This document shows, piece after piece, positions 23,521-34,892 of a DNA stretch of 42,901 nucleotides. The stretch is from contig JBHGNT010000267.1 in the NCBI GenBank assembly GCA_043228905.1, positions 1-42,901 of the forward strand, read 5' to 3'. The notes under the pieces were generated by a model. It was not told where the DNA came from and did not search any database. It worked only from the letters and a program-made list of their open reading frames with translations. Both the position numbers and the translations under genes were made by a program. Position 1 is the first letter of the stretch, and every line of letters starts with the position of its first letter. The DNA comes from Azolla caroliniana. Its lineage: Eukaryota; Plantae; Polypodiophyta.

Positions 23521-24611
23521 TCCTGTCATTGCATGTCAGAGAAGTCCCTTTAAGCCATGTCAGACAAAAGGGAAAGCTGATGAACGTACTTCATGTTCCG
23601 GCAATCACAATGAACCTGGTGTTGGTCAGACAAATCGTCGACCAGGGAATGCATGTGTTGTTTACGCACCTTGGGTGCTTCATCGAGGAATAGGGCCGGA
23701 TAATCGTGCAAGGGTGCAGAGACGATAGGATATTCATCCTCAACGCCAATGATGTAGGCACCACCTTGTTTTCCAAAGGACAAAAGATTGAATCAGTCAT
23801 CAATCTTTGGCACAAGCGGATCGGTCATGCCAATTACTGGAGGCTTGAAGACCTGTAATCGAAACAAGTTGTTTTCGGTTTGCCAACATATTTAGTTGCC
23901 GGAAGGCCCAAATATGTGAAGCTTGCTAACTCGGGAAGCAACATTGGCTTCCATTCCCCACCGAACGAAACCGGAGCCGTAACAAGCTCGACTTAATCCA
24001 TTCGGATGTATGGGGACCGACACAGACCATGAGTCTTGGTGGCTTTCGGTACTTCGTCTCCTTCATCAACGACTATAGCCAGCACACTTGGATCTACCTC
24101 ATCAAGAGGAAAAGCGAAGTTTTCGAGTGTTTCAGGAACCTTCAAACCTTAGTTGAATGGGAAATAGAGAGAAATGTTATAACAACTGGACTAAACAGGT
24201 CCGAATAAGTCACGATGTCGAGTTTGATGAGTCGTAATCATGGTACTCTCTACCAACTCCAAATCCCGACGAAGACCCAATTTTGAGGGATGAGGCTAGT
24301 GAACCTCGAGAGGTTCAGGTAGAAGATGAAGAAGGATTCGGTACTCTAGATGACAGTCTAATCTCATTCTGGCTAAGTGGGCCGAATGAGTGGCTGAGTC
24401 GGAATGACCAGTCAAATGAAGTACCAGCGAGTAGTGGAGACGTTGTCGTGCTCTCCCTGCGCAAGAAACCGAGGAGATGGTTCACGCGCAAAGAGAAGGG
24501 GAAGAAAAAGATGCTAGAATATGAAAACAACAGTGAAGAGTCAGATCAAAGTGATTTTGACTCCGGAGTGAAGGAAGTTGGATCTTCAAAAACAAAATCC
24601 GAACCCGCCAA

Positions 24612-24709
24612 GAAAGGCCTCAAACCGGCTGACGAAAAGCAGCGCCGGTCAACCCGCCAAGAAAGGCCTCAAACCGGCTGACGAAAAGCAGCGCCGGTCA
24701 ACCCGCCAA
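24612..24709 (+). repeat. Perfect 49-bp tandem duplication
   Basis: 24612-24660 is identical to 24661-24709, preceded by the 10-bp microhomology AACCCGCCAA. Confidence 0.95.
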
Positions 24710-26204
24710 AAGAACCTTGTAAAATGGTACGGATACAACGAGTACATGGTGCATCACTATGCGTACATGACCAAGGTGGCAGAAGTGCATGAGCCAGATA
24801 GCTACGCAAAAGCAACGAAAGACGCAAATTGGCGTGCTGCTATGGAAGAAGAAATGCGGGCACTCAATGCCAATGACCTAGTTGACCCTCCCCGACTATG
24901 TAAACCGGTCAGTTGTAAGTGGGTATATAAGGGGAAGTACAATGCCAACGGTTCGATCAACCGATACAAGGCCCGGTTAGTGGTGAATGGATACGCACAG
25001 ACCCACAAAATCGACTACGACGAGACCTTCGCTCTTGTAGCGAAGATGACAATGGTTCGTGTGGTGTTGGCGGTTGTTGTGGCAAGGGGTAGGCATCTTC
25101 ACCAAATGGACATGAAGAATGTATTTCTTCAAGGTGACCTTAAAGAACATGTCTATATGATCTAACCCTCCTGTTTCCAATCGGAGATGAACAAGTCGGT
25201 AGTGTGCCGACTCAAGAAGTCGCTTTACGGTTTGAAGCAAGCCCCCCAAGATTTGGAATGTGAAGATCACACACCGGTTGCGTAAAATGGGGTTTGAAAT
25301 GAAGGACCTGGGGGACCTTCATTATTTTCTTGGGATCGAGGTGATCCGGACCCCGATGGCATATTCCTCTGACAAAGGCACTATGTGTTGAATATGTTGT
25401 ACAAGTTCGGCATGATGGAATGTTGACGGATCTCCACACCCCTAGACCGGAACCTAAAGCTACGCCCTACTCCAGACGGGCCTGCAATGAGAAATGGTTT
25501 CGACAAATTGTCAGAATCCTTATCTACTTGACAATCACCCGACCCAACATCAATTATCTAGTAGGAGTGATCATCCAGTTATGCAGAAGCCGACCATGGA
25601 CCACCTTCAGTGGGCGCATCAACTATTGCGATATGTGAGCAACACGAAGAACCAGGGACTAATATACCGACACGATATAGCTGGGAAGCTAGTCGGATAT
25701 ACCGATGCCGACTAGGCTGGTAATGCATTAGATTGCCAATCCACCTCTGGTTACATGTTTTCTCTTGGTAGCGTGGTTGTTGCATGGAGCAGCAAAAAGC
25801 AACCAACATTGGCTCTATCAAGCATTGAGGCTGAGTACCGGGGTACTACCATTGCCACCGGTAAAGCCATCTGGCTTCGACGACTGTTGCGAGACCTCCG
25901 GATCGTGGTACCGACCCCGATCCTGATCTACTACGACAACGTAAGCAACATACAACTCGCCAAGAACCCTGTCTTCCATCCTCGGACAAAGCACAAAGAA
26001 GTGCACTATCACTTTGTGCGTGAGCGGGTTCTAAGTGGTGTAGTTGAACTTCGGTATGTTCACATGGATCGTTAGGTTGTCAGCATCTTCACCAAACCGC
26101 TCAGGTCGGACAAGTTGCAACACTTTTCGGAGATGATGAGCATTCAACATCTCAACGTGTCGCACTTGAGGGGGAGAACGGGAACCGAAACGGGTAATGG
26201 CATT

Positions 26205-26360
26205 TGTTGATCATACGATCGTCGACAAGGAGTGCGAATAGTGTATCATCGGTGCATGGCTTAGAGAGCATGATAGAGAGAGAGAGAAACAAAGAGAGAG
26301 AGAGAGACATTAAGAGCAAAGCTATTACTAATTATCATTAACATTAAAAGAGAAATTACA
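26205..26360. repeat. Possible foreign LTR-end fragment with (GA)n tracts inside the 3' region of C
   Basis: Begins TGTTGATC and is AT/GA-rich; no counterpart in B or E. Confidence 0.3.
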
Positions 26361-27131
26361 CCGGAGAGAAAGAGGAATGAACCAAGACAAGGGGAGATAA
26401 GAAGAAAAAGGAAGCCAAGTTGACTGGAAAAGTCGACACATCCGAACAAGTCGGAGCAAGCGGCAACGATGACAGAGTCAAGAAGGACAAAGCTGAACGG
26501 AAGAAGACCAAGACCCGGACGTGGTCCGATGTGGTGAAGGGCCTGAAAACGGAAGACGAGTTGGTGGCTACCAACTTGGACAAAAACCGGAACGAATCGG
26601 AGGCAACCGATTTAGACAAGAGCTAGAACAAATCGGAAGAAGTCTATTCGGGTTCAACAATTTGATTCAGAGGAGCTGGATCAACTAAAGGCCAAGCAGA
26701 TGAGAAGGTTGTGGAAGTCAACACCGATACGGACGAACCAATGGATCGACAAGTGCCAGAGTCATGGCAACGAAGGAGCTGAGATAGGCCTACTGAGCAG
26801 ACAAGCTGACCAAGGAGGTCGAGGAGCGTAGAACCGGATGGGTCGTGGGAAGCAGAACCGGACCGGATGAGGAGCGCAAGCGAGGCGGGAGGACGCCAGA
26901 AGGAGTAGGACGGAAGAACCGTCTACCACATAAACTGACACCACGATCTGAGCTCAAGTTAAGCTTGAGGGGGAGTGGTGAGTGGGCAAGCTCAACTGGA
27001 TCCGGATCGGTGTCCGGAACTAGGAGCCGGATCAGATTGAATTCGGTAGGCCGTTAGAGGCCTATGGATCTAGCCTAGTACATAGGCATATTTTTGGGAG
27101 TCAGTATCGTATGAACATTGAAGTACCTATC

Positions 27132-30100
27132 TGTAGAAAGTAACGTGCGGAAGCAAGTATGAAGACCGAACACGGTATATGCGGGAGAGACAGAGAGAGT
27201 GAGAGAGAAGACACAAAAAATATATAACGGAAGTACACAATCTCTATTCACCACTCTATACATATGTGTGTTCAATGAACACTTTTATACAAGTCCTAGA
27301 AGGACTGACCGAAGTACTGACAGTACTTCAATGCTCATTAAGAGCTCCTACACTAACTCCCAAATATATTCCTCACGGCATATCTTTCCTAACGACCTCC
27401 CGGTTTACGCACTCGGCCTAACCGATCGGTCCCAACCGATCCGGTCCTCGGCTTCTTCAGCCGATCCGGCCGATGTTGAGCTTGTCTCTCAACACTCCCC
27501 CTCAAGCTCAACTTGAGGCTCTTCGGGATCTTCGGGCTCACAACTCCAGTTCCTCTTGTCTTTACGCCTCGCTCGCGCTCCTCGACCTGTTCGACTCCGC
27601 GCGCTTCGACCCTTCCGGTCGGCTTGTCTGCTCATGTGGCCCTTATCAGCTCTTTTGTTGTTGCGGTGTTGACGCTTCTCCTGCTACCTTTTCTTCCGCT
27701 TGGGCCTCGGTTGATTCAGCGTATCTGAATCAAACATCCGAACTGACTCGGCTACCTCCGATTGGTTTTCGCTCTCGTCCGAGTTGCCTGTCTCCAACTC
27801 GTCTTCGGTCTTCTCACCCTCGATGGCGTCATCTCCCCCATGCGTGCTTGGCTTCGTCTCTCTCCTTCGGCTACTCCACTTTTGTCCGCTTTCGGACTTC
27901 TCCGCGGGTCCGTCCTCGGCTTCTTCAGCCGATCTGAAGTCGAACTCGACAACCGACTCAATGTCGCGGTCTCCGCTCCTTTCCTACTGCCTTGCTTGGT
28001 CGTTCGGGACTGTTCTCCCCCTCAAGTTCGGCACGTCGAGGGGACGCAATCCAAGCGCACCTGAGAATTGCCGCAACTTGTCAAGACCAAGAGGCTTGGT
28101 GAAGATGTCGGCAGTCTGCCGATCCGTCAGATTGTACTGAAGTTCGACTTCACCGGAAAGGACACGCTCACGGACGAAATGGTAGTGCACCTCAATGTGC
28201 TTGGTCCGTGCATGGAAAACGGGGTTTTCCGCGAGCTCGATGCTGCTGAGGTTGTCGCAATAGATCGTCGTCGGATCTGACACCTCCTCTTGCACGTCCT
28301 TATGTAGCCGCTTCAACCATATGGCTTCGCATGTCGCGACAGCCGCTCCTCGGTACTCAGCTTCGGTGCTCGACAATGCAACTATCGGCTGCTTCATACT
28401 ACTCCACGCGATCACGGCACTCCCGAGGGAGAACGCGTATCCAGACGTGGATCAGCGATCCGCGGCATTGCGAGCCCAATTAGCATCGGTGTAGCCGACT
28501 AACTGCTCGGCGTCACCAGTCCGATATAGCAGTCCCCGGTCCTTAGTGCCGTTGACATACCGAAGTATGCGTTGCGCACACTGAAGGTGCACCTCGGTAA
28601 GTCGCGCCATGAACTGACTGATCACTCCGATCGGATAACTGAGGTCGGGTCGGGTGATGGTCAAGTATATGAGGCTTCCAACAATTTGTCGGAACCTCGT
28701 CGGGTCGCATACCTTTCCCGTATCGGGACGAAGCTTGACGGTTCTGTCCAGAGGAGTCGAGACGGACTTACAGTCGGCCATCTCGAGTTTGAAGAGCATA
28801 CCTAGCACGTAATGACGTTGGCTGATCAATATGCCTTCGGGGGTACGGATCACTTCGATCCCGAGAAAGTAATGAAGGTCCCCCAAATCCTTCATGTCGA
28901 ACGATGCCGCAAGCTAGAGCTTCACGCCATCGATTTCACCTAGGTCGACGCTAGTGATGACCAAGTCAACAACATATAGTAAAATACTAACCGGTCCGAG
29001 TCGACCTTTCTGGATGAACAGGGAAGAGTCCGATTTTGACGTGACAAAGCCCATCCGACGCAGTTGTTGCGTGATCTTCACGTTCCAGGCACGTGGGGCT
29101 TGCTTCAGTCCGTAAAGGGACTTCTTCAGTCGGCATAATGCCGAGGAGTTCGTTCTGGAGTGAAATCCGGGGGGTTGTACCATGTACACCTGTTCCTCAA
29201 GGTCACCTTGCAAGAACGCATTCTTTACATCCATGTGATGTAGGTGCCACCCCTTGGCCACGGTTACTGCGAGCAAAACACGGACGGTCGTCATTTTCGC
29301 GACCGGCGCAAACGTCTCATCATAGTCGATGCCGTGTTTCTGCGCGTAGCCCTTTGCCACTAGCTGAGCCTTGTACCAGTTGACCGAGCCATCAGTGTTG
29401 TACTTGACCTTGTACACCCACCTACACCCGATCGGTTTTACCCCTTTTGGTGCGTCAACCAGGTCCAGGTCTCGTTCTCCGCCAATGCGTGCATCTCTTC
29501 CTCCATCGCGGCACGCCAATTCGTGTCTTTAGCCGCTTCTGAGTAGCTCTCCGGCTCACGCACTTCCACTACATGGGTCATGTACCCATAATGATGTGCC
29601 ATGTACTCGTTGTATCCGAACCGCAAAACAGGATTCTTCTGGCGGGTAGATCGGCGTAATCTCACATTAGCCGATGTCGAGGCCTTCTCGGTCGACGCGG
29701 ACTTCACTTTTAAAGACCCGTCACCGGTTCCCTCGGAGTCGAACTCACGTCGGTCTGACTCGTTCCTATCCGTGCCGGAATCCGACACCTTCTTCTTCCC
29801 TTTCTCTTTGCGCGTAAGCCATCTCCTCGGCTTCCTACACAGGGAATGCACGGCCTAGTCTCCATTACTCGCCGGCTCTTCGTCGGACTAGTCGTACCGA
29901 CTCAGTCGTCCAATCGGTCCACTTAACCGGAGTGAAATCGGACTCTCTTCGTGGGTCTCGATTTCGGGCTCATCCGGAGGCATCTCGGCCTCGCTGACCT
30001 CATCATCAGAGCTCGTCAAACACAACGTCGCGGCTGACACACGCTTGTTTAGTGCAAGGGTTATAGCACTTATAACCCTTTTGCTCGTCCGAGTAACCGA

Positions 30101-32740
30101 CCAAGATGCATTTCTCGGCCTTTGTGTCCAGCTTCCTCCTTTTCTCCTTTGGTACATGCACATACGCAATGCTACCGAACACCCTCAAGTGTCGCAAGTT
30201 CGGATTCGTTCCGAAATACAGCTCGTGCGCTGACACTTTGTCTCCGATCCGGTTCTGGATGTATACCGCGGTCCTTACCGCCTCGGTCCAATAGAACTTG
30301 GGCAAGCTCTTCTCCTCCAGCATTGCTCGTGTTGCTTCCACAACTGACCGATTCTTCCTCTCAGCCACACCGTTCTGCTCCGGCGTGTATCTACAACTGA
30401 ATTCGCGCCGAATTCCCATTTGTTGTAGATAACCGTTGAATTGACCAGAAAAGTACTCTTTCCCGCCATCCGACTGCAGGCACTTGATCTTTCGTCCCGT
30501 TTCCGTTTCCACGAACCCTTTGAGGTCCCGGAAACAGTCGAAGACTTCGCTCTTCCTCTCAATAAGGTAGATCCACGTGTGCCGCGTGTGGTCGTCGATG
30601 AAGGAGACGAAATATCGGCTCCCGCCAAGACTAACGTTTTGTGGCGGCCCCCATACATCGGAGTGTATAAGGTCGAGCTTGATCCGGCTCCAGTTTCGCT
30701 AGTTGGGAAAGGAAGTCGGTGTTGCTTCCTGAGCTGACAGGCTTCACAAATTTGTGCCTTTCGGCCACTAAATTTGGGCAATCCGAACATTACCTGTTTC
30801 GATTGTAGATCTTGAAGCCGCTAGTCGTTAACGTGGCCTATCAGCTTGTGCCACAAGTCGATATCCGACTCGGGTTTCTGTCCCTTCGCGAACATTGCGG
30901 TGCCGCCGTCAGTGGAATCGAGGATAAACATCCTCCCGTCTCTGCGCCCTTGTGCAATCACACGGCCTTCTTCCTCAATGAAGCACCCGAGCTGTGTAAA
31001 CCGAACCTCCATCCCTTGGTCGACGATCTGTCCAACCGAGACCAAGTTCTTCGTGATTGTCAGAACGTGCAACACGTTCATGAGTTTCCCTTTCTGCCCG
31101 ACATGCCTAAGGGGAACTTCTCCGACATTCGCGATCGGATGCGGAGTGTCGTCTCCAGTTGCGACTACTCCAGGTTGTATCGGTTTTTCAAGGTACGAGA
31201 ACCACTCCTTATGGCTCGTCATGTGGTTTGACGCGCCGGAGTCTACGTACCACACCTCGTCCGATCTCGGGGTGCTCTATTTCGTTGAGTTTCCTTCGTG
31301 TCTCGTCACGAACACAGACCCTTCTCCGGCTCTCCCGGAGTCTTTGGTGTTGTGCGATTGCTGCCGATTTCCCTTGTCGGTATGTCCGGAGCCGTTTCCG
31401 GAACCGGTTCTCTCCGAATTGGCGCACTTCTTCCAACACTCACTTTCCCTGTGGCCTTTCTTGCCATAGTACTAGCACTCCGCGATGGCTTTCCCTTGCC
31501 GGTTCTCATCACTTAGACTCCCCCTCTTTCCGGAGGGTCCGGAGTTGCTGTGGGCATAACTTCGGTGCCTTCTTCCTTGATCTCGTCGGCCGCCTCCATT
31601 GAGCCCTGACTCGCCTCGTCCTCCACGTCCACGGGGCCTATCTCCCTCCGTGGACAACATTCTGCTGTCGGCGTGCGTGCTTGTAGACGCACCCACGTGG
31701 TTCTCCTCTACCAGGAGCATTGACTGTAAGTCGAAAAAGGACGGCGTATTCTCCCGGGTACACACAGCCGTTCGGAACGCTCCGAACTTTTACGCCAAAC
31801 CTTCGAGACAGATCTGGACCATCTCGCTTTCCTTGATGTTCACCTCTATGGAGGGGAGGGAGTCGCAGATATCCTTGATCTTCGGGGTATAGTCCACCAC
31901 CGACAAGTCGCGTTGTCGTAGGTTGCTCAACTCTTGTCGGAGCTGAAGCTTCCTGGCTGTGGTGCTCGCGGCGAAAATCTTCTTCAGATTTTCCCACACA
32001 CCCTTCGGCGTCTTTGCATCCCAAACATAGCTCAATAGCTGTTCACCCACACATGACGCGAAGCAGTATAATACCCTGCTCGCCGATTGCTCCCATGACG
32101 GGAAGTCTCTGTGTGTCGATTCGGGTGCCGCGTCATTAGCTCCTTCGACATAACTCCAGTAGCCGTGCCCGAGCAGGTACTGGTGCATCTTGTAGGACCA
32201 AGACGCGTAGTTGGTTCTGTCGAGCTTCTCTGTTGGAAGAGAGCTCGCCATGCCTCTATCCATCGTTCTTCTCGTTCTTCTTCGTCAAGCTGTGTCAGCT
32301 GCAGAGAGGTTCTCAACCCTCGCGCTCTGATACCATGTAGAAAGTAACGTGCGGAAGCAAGTATGAAGACCGAACAGAAGGAAGGAAACTCAGGTTCAAT
32401 GGAGAGCTTGAGCTTACACGGTATATGCGGGAGAGACAGAGAGAGTGAGAGAGAAGACACAAAAAATATATAACAGAAGTACACAATCTCTATTCACCAC
32501 TCTATACATATGTGTGTTCAATGAACACTTTTATACAAGTCCTAGAAGGACTGACCGAAGTACTGACAGTACTTCAATGCTCATTAAGAGCTCCTACACT
32601 AACTCCCAAATATATTCCTCACGGAATATCTTTCCTAACGACCTCCCGGTTTACGCACTCAGCCTAACCGATCAGTCCCAACCGATCCGGTCCTTGGCTT
32701 CTTCGGCCGATTCGGCCGATGTTGAGCTTGTCTCTCAACA
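27132..32740 (-). mobile_element. Element E: full-length Ty1/copia (same family as B), TSD CTATC, inserted in the 3' LTR of C
   Basis: LTRs 27132-27494 (42-bp deletion) and 32336-32740 differ by about 7 substitutions. TSD CTATC at 27127-27131 and 32741-32745. PBS 32324-32335; PPT 27495-27506. Confidence 0.97.
27984..32263 (-). pseudogene. pol: Decayed gag-pol of copia E
   Basis: MDRGMASSLPTEKLDRTNYASW, VDSGAS, YTPEQNGVAERKNR, YVVD (mutated YVDD) and ADIFTKPL. Confidence 0.95.
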
Positions 32741-33379
32741 CTATCCGTACTTTTGTTAGTCCTTTATGGACTTGTATAAAAGTGCTCTCTGAGCACATTC
32801 TATGTACACGGAGGATTATTATTTTTGAATTGAGTTTATGTTATGTTCTCTCTGCCTCTCCCGTGTATTCTCTATGTAAGGTGTCCATTAAACTTTCTTC
32901 TCTACATTCTGTTGGTAGCTGGTTGCGCCGGTTTGTCATACGCTCCCACATATTAACTTTAACACCATATTATCGGAAAAATTAATGATGTCACTTTTCG
33001 TCTTGATCTACCTCCGCACCTACAATTACATCCAGTTTTTCATAGTTCTGTTCTCGAACCCTATCAAGATAACATGATTCCGAAACGTATTACACCACCT
33101 CCACCCTTGATCGAGCTTGACGCAAAACTAGAGTACGAAGTTGCTTCCATCCTCGATTCCAAGATTGTTCGCAACAAGCTGTACTATTTGGTCGATTGGC
33201 TTGGCTATAGTCCAAGCGAGCGTACTTGGGAACCAGTCAAGAATTTCGCAAGTGCTCGATCTCCTATTCAATACTTCCATTGACAATATCCCAAAAAACA
33301 GGGTCCTCCATCTACAACGACTCATTACAATCATCGTCTTCGAGGGGGGGGGGGTTAGTGTCATGATATGGCATGGTAT

Positions 33380-33450
33380 GGCTCCAAAAGGATTCGAACC
33401 CATGACCTTATGTTACATGGGTTGAACCCTTGCCATTAAACCATGCATTT
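33380..33450 (-). promoter_or_regulatory. tRNA-like A-box/B-box module in U3 of LTR H
   Basis: Minus strand reads TGGTTTAATGG (33443) ... AGGTC ATG GGTTCGAATCC (33400; perfect B-box). Confidence 0.75.
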
Positions 33451-33647
33451 ATTATTTCTATAGAAAATTCATGCATATTCTAGATAGCTCTGGAACATTC
33501 TAGAAACTTCAAGAGTAATCTTGACAACACTATAATAGAGGCATAAGGCATTATTCCAAACCAATTTGGTTCAACGGTAGTCTTAAGCCTCCTAGTTGTT
33601 CTTATATCTTTCCTCATAAAATATAATATACTCTTGTTTTCATCATT

Positions 33648-33650
<3 letters not shown>

Positions 33651-33700
<50 letters not shown>
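33651..33700 (+). repeat. (CT)25 microsatellite within LTR H
   Basis: Read directly. Confidence 0.97.
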
Positions 33701-33704
<4 letters not shown>

Positions 33705-33741
33705 GTTCTTACACACTCTTTCCCTTCTTAGCACTAATGAT

Positions 33742-34331
33742 TAGGCAAGCCGATCGAGAAGGTCGAGGTGCGTAGAACCAGACAGATCAAGGAACACGAG
33801 CAAGGTGGGAAAACGCCAAGAGTAACCAAAGGTAAGGACCGGTAGACACTGACACCATGATCTAACCTCAAGTTAAGCTTGAGGGGGAGTGTTGAGCGGG
33901 CAACCTCAACCGGATCCAGGTCGACTGAATAAGCCAGAGTAGGGGCGGTATCCGGATCTAAGAACCGGATCGGTATCTCGAACCAAGAGCCAGATTGGAG
34001 AGTCGAATTGTAATCCGGATTAGTATGAACCGGTAGGCCGTTAGAGGCCTATGAATCTAGCCTAGTATGTAGGCTTATAGGAGTTTGTGTCAGTGACTCG
34101 TATGAGCATTGAAGTACATGTCAGTACTTCAGATAGTCCTTTTAAGGACTTGTATAAAAAGTGTTTTGTAGGACATTGTATGTACAGAGTGTTATTATTT
34201 TGAATAGAGTTTAATGTTCTACTCACTTTGTCTCTCCTGTGTACTCTCTCTTGTGTCTAAGCTTTCCATTAAACCTTTGCATATTCTCCGTTGCTATCCG
34301 ATGAAGCCGGTTTCATCTACAAGCTTCCACA
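33742..34331 (+). mobile_element. Element I: copia 3' remnant (3' region, PPT, LTR 33890-34331)
   Basis: Similar to C 26800-27130 and 32746-32950. PPT CTTGAGGGGGAG, then TGTTGAG...CCACA. Confidence 0.85.
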
Positions 34332-34339
34332 TGCTAATT

Positions 34340-34614
34340 TTTAGACAAGATGTCTGGCTACACGGTCTGATATAACAATGCCCTATCCTTAGTGTTGTTC
34401 ACATATCTCAAGATCCTTTACGCGCACTTAAGCTGTTCGGCCGTCAGTTGCAACATAAATTGACTAATCAAGATGACCGAAAAGCTAAGGTTTGACCGGG
34501 TGATCGTCAAATAAATAAGGCTTCTAACAATATGTTGGAACCGTGTTGGGTCCGCTCCCGATCCTTGGCGAAGCTTCACGTTTCAATCTAGAGTCAAGAT
34601 GGATTTGCAATCCG
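34340..34614 (-). pseudogene. pol: Copia remnant J, RT/RH part downstream of the G insertion
   Basis: CKSI...DPTRFQHIVRSLIYLTITR...RILRYVNNTKD; continues the 40272 piece. Confidence 0.85.
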
Positions 34615-34815
34615 GAATAAGTTGAAAATAGTAAGGGGCTTCAATTTATAGGAGAAAGTAATGACACATGCAAGAGCAAGCAATGCCACGTGTCATCCCT
34701 TCATGAGTTTCCTTAAATGTTCTAGAAAGTTCCACAATGTTCCATCATGATCTAGAATGTTCTATAATGTTGTATGCATACATCTCTTAATAATAACATG
34801 AATTATTATCATATA

Positions 34816-34888
34816 ATCTAAATGACCTAGTGGGTAAGGTGCTATAAGAGAAGTGCAAGGGTCGAAGGTTCGAGCTTTGGCATGACCA
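34816..34888 (+). promoter_or_regulatory. tRNA-like A-box/B-box module, 3' LTR of G (second copy at 40187-40259)
   Basis: TGACCTAGTGG (34823) ... GGGTC GAA GGTTCGAGC (34867). Confidence 0.7.
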
Positions 34889-34892
34889 GTAA

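Larger units (their letters stand above)
23526..26626 (+). pseudogene. pol: Decayed pol of copia C (INT partly deleted, RT, RH, extension)
   Basis: Motifs YKARLVVNGY, GYTDAD, WSSKKQ and KNPVFHPRTKH. Many stops. Confidence 0.9.
14036..32950 (+). mobile_element. Element C: old Ty1/copia related to B/E, host of D, F and E
   Basis: 5' LTR remnant at about 14036-14124 with most of the PBS deleted. Gag starts at 14201 (MDKGMASSLPIEKLD) and breaks at GDDTP (14811); coding resumes at about 23526 (EVPLSHV). RT/RH run to about 26170. PPT 26964-26975. The 3' LTR is split into 26976-27131 and 32746-32950. Confidence 0.85.
32951..33735 (+). mobile_element. Element H: 3' remnant of a Tcn1-like chromovirus (INT end, chromodomain, PPT, LTR from 33359)
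   Basis: LHPVFH...EYEVASILDSKIVRNKLYYLVDWLGY...TWEP. G-rich PPT at about 33342-33354; LTR starts TGTCATGA. The right end is approximate. Confidence 0.85.

Noticed and set aside
5332-32740. B and E as a segmental duplication or a single giant element
   Set aside because: Flanks differ, E has its own TSD, and each element's LTR pair shares diagnostic variants absent from the other. They are independent insertions.
33480-33734. ORF with RERERE repeat
   Set aside because: Translation of the (CT)25 microsatellite.
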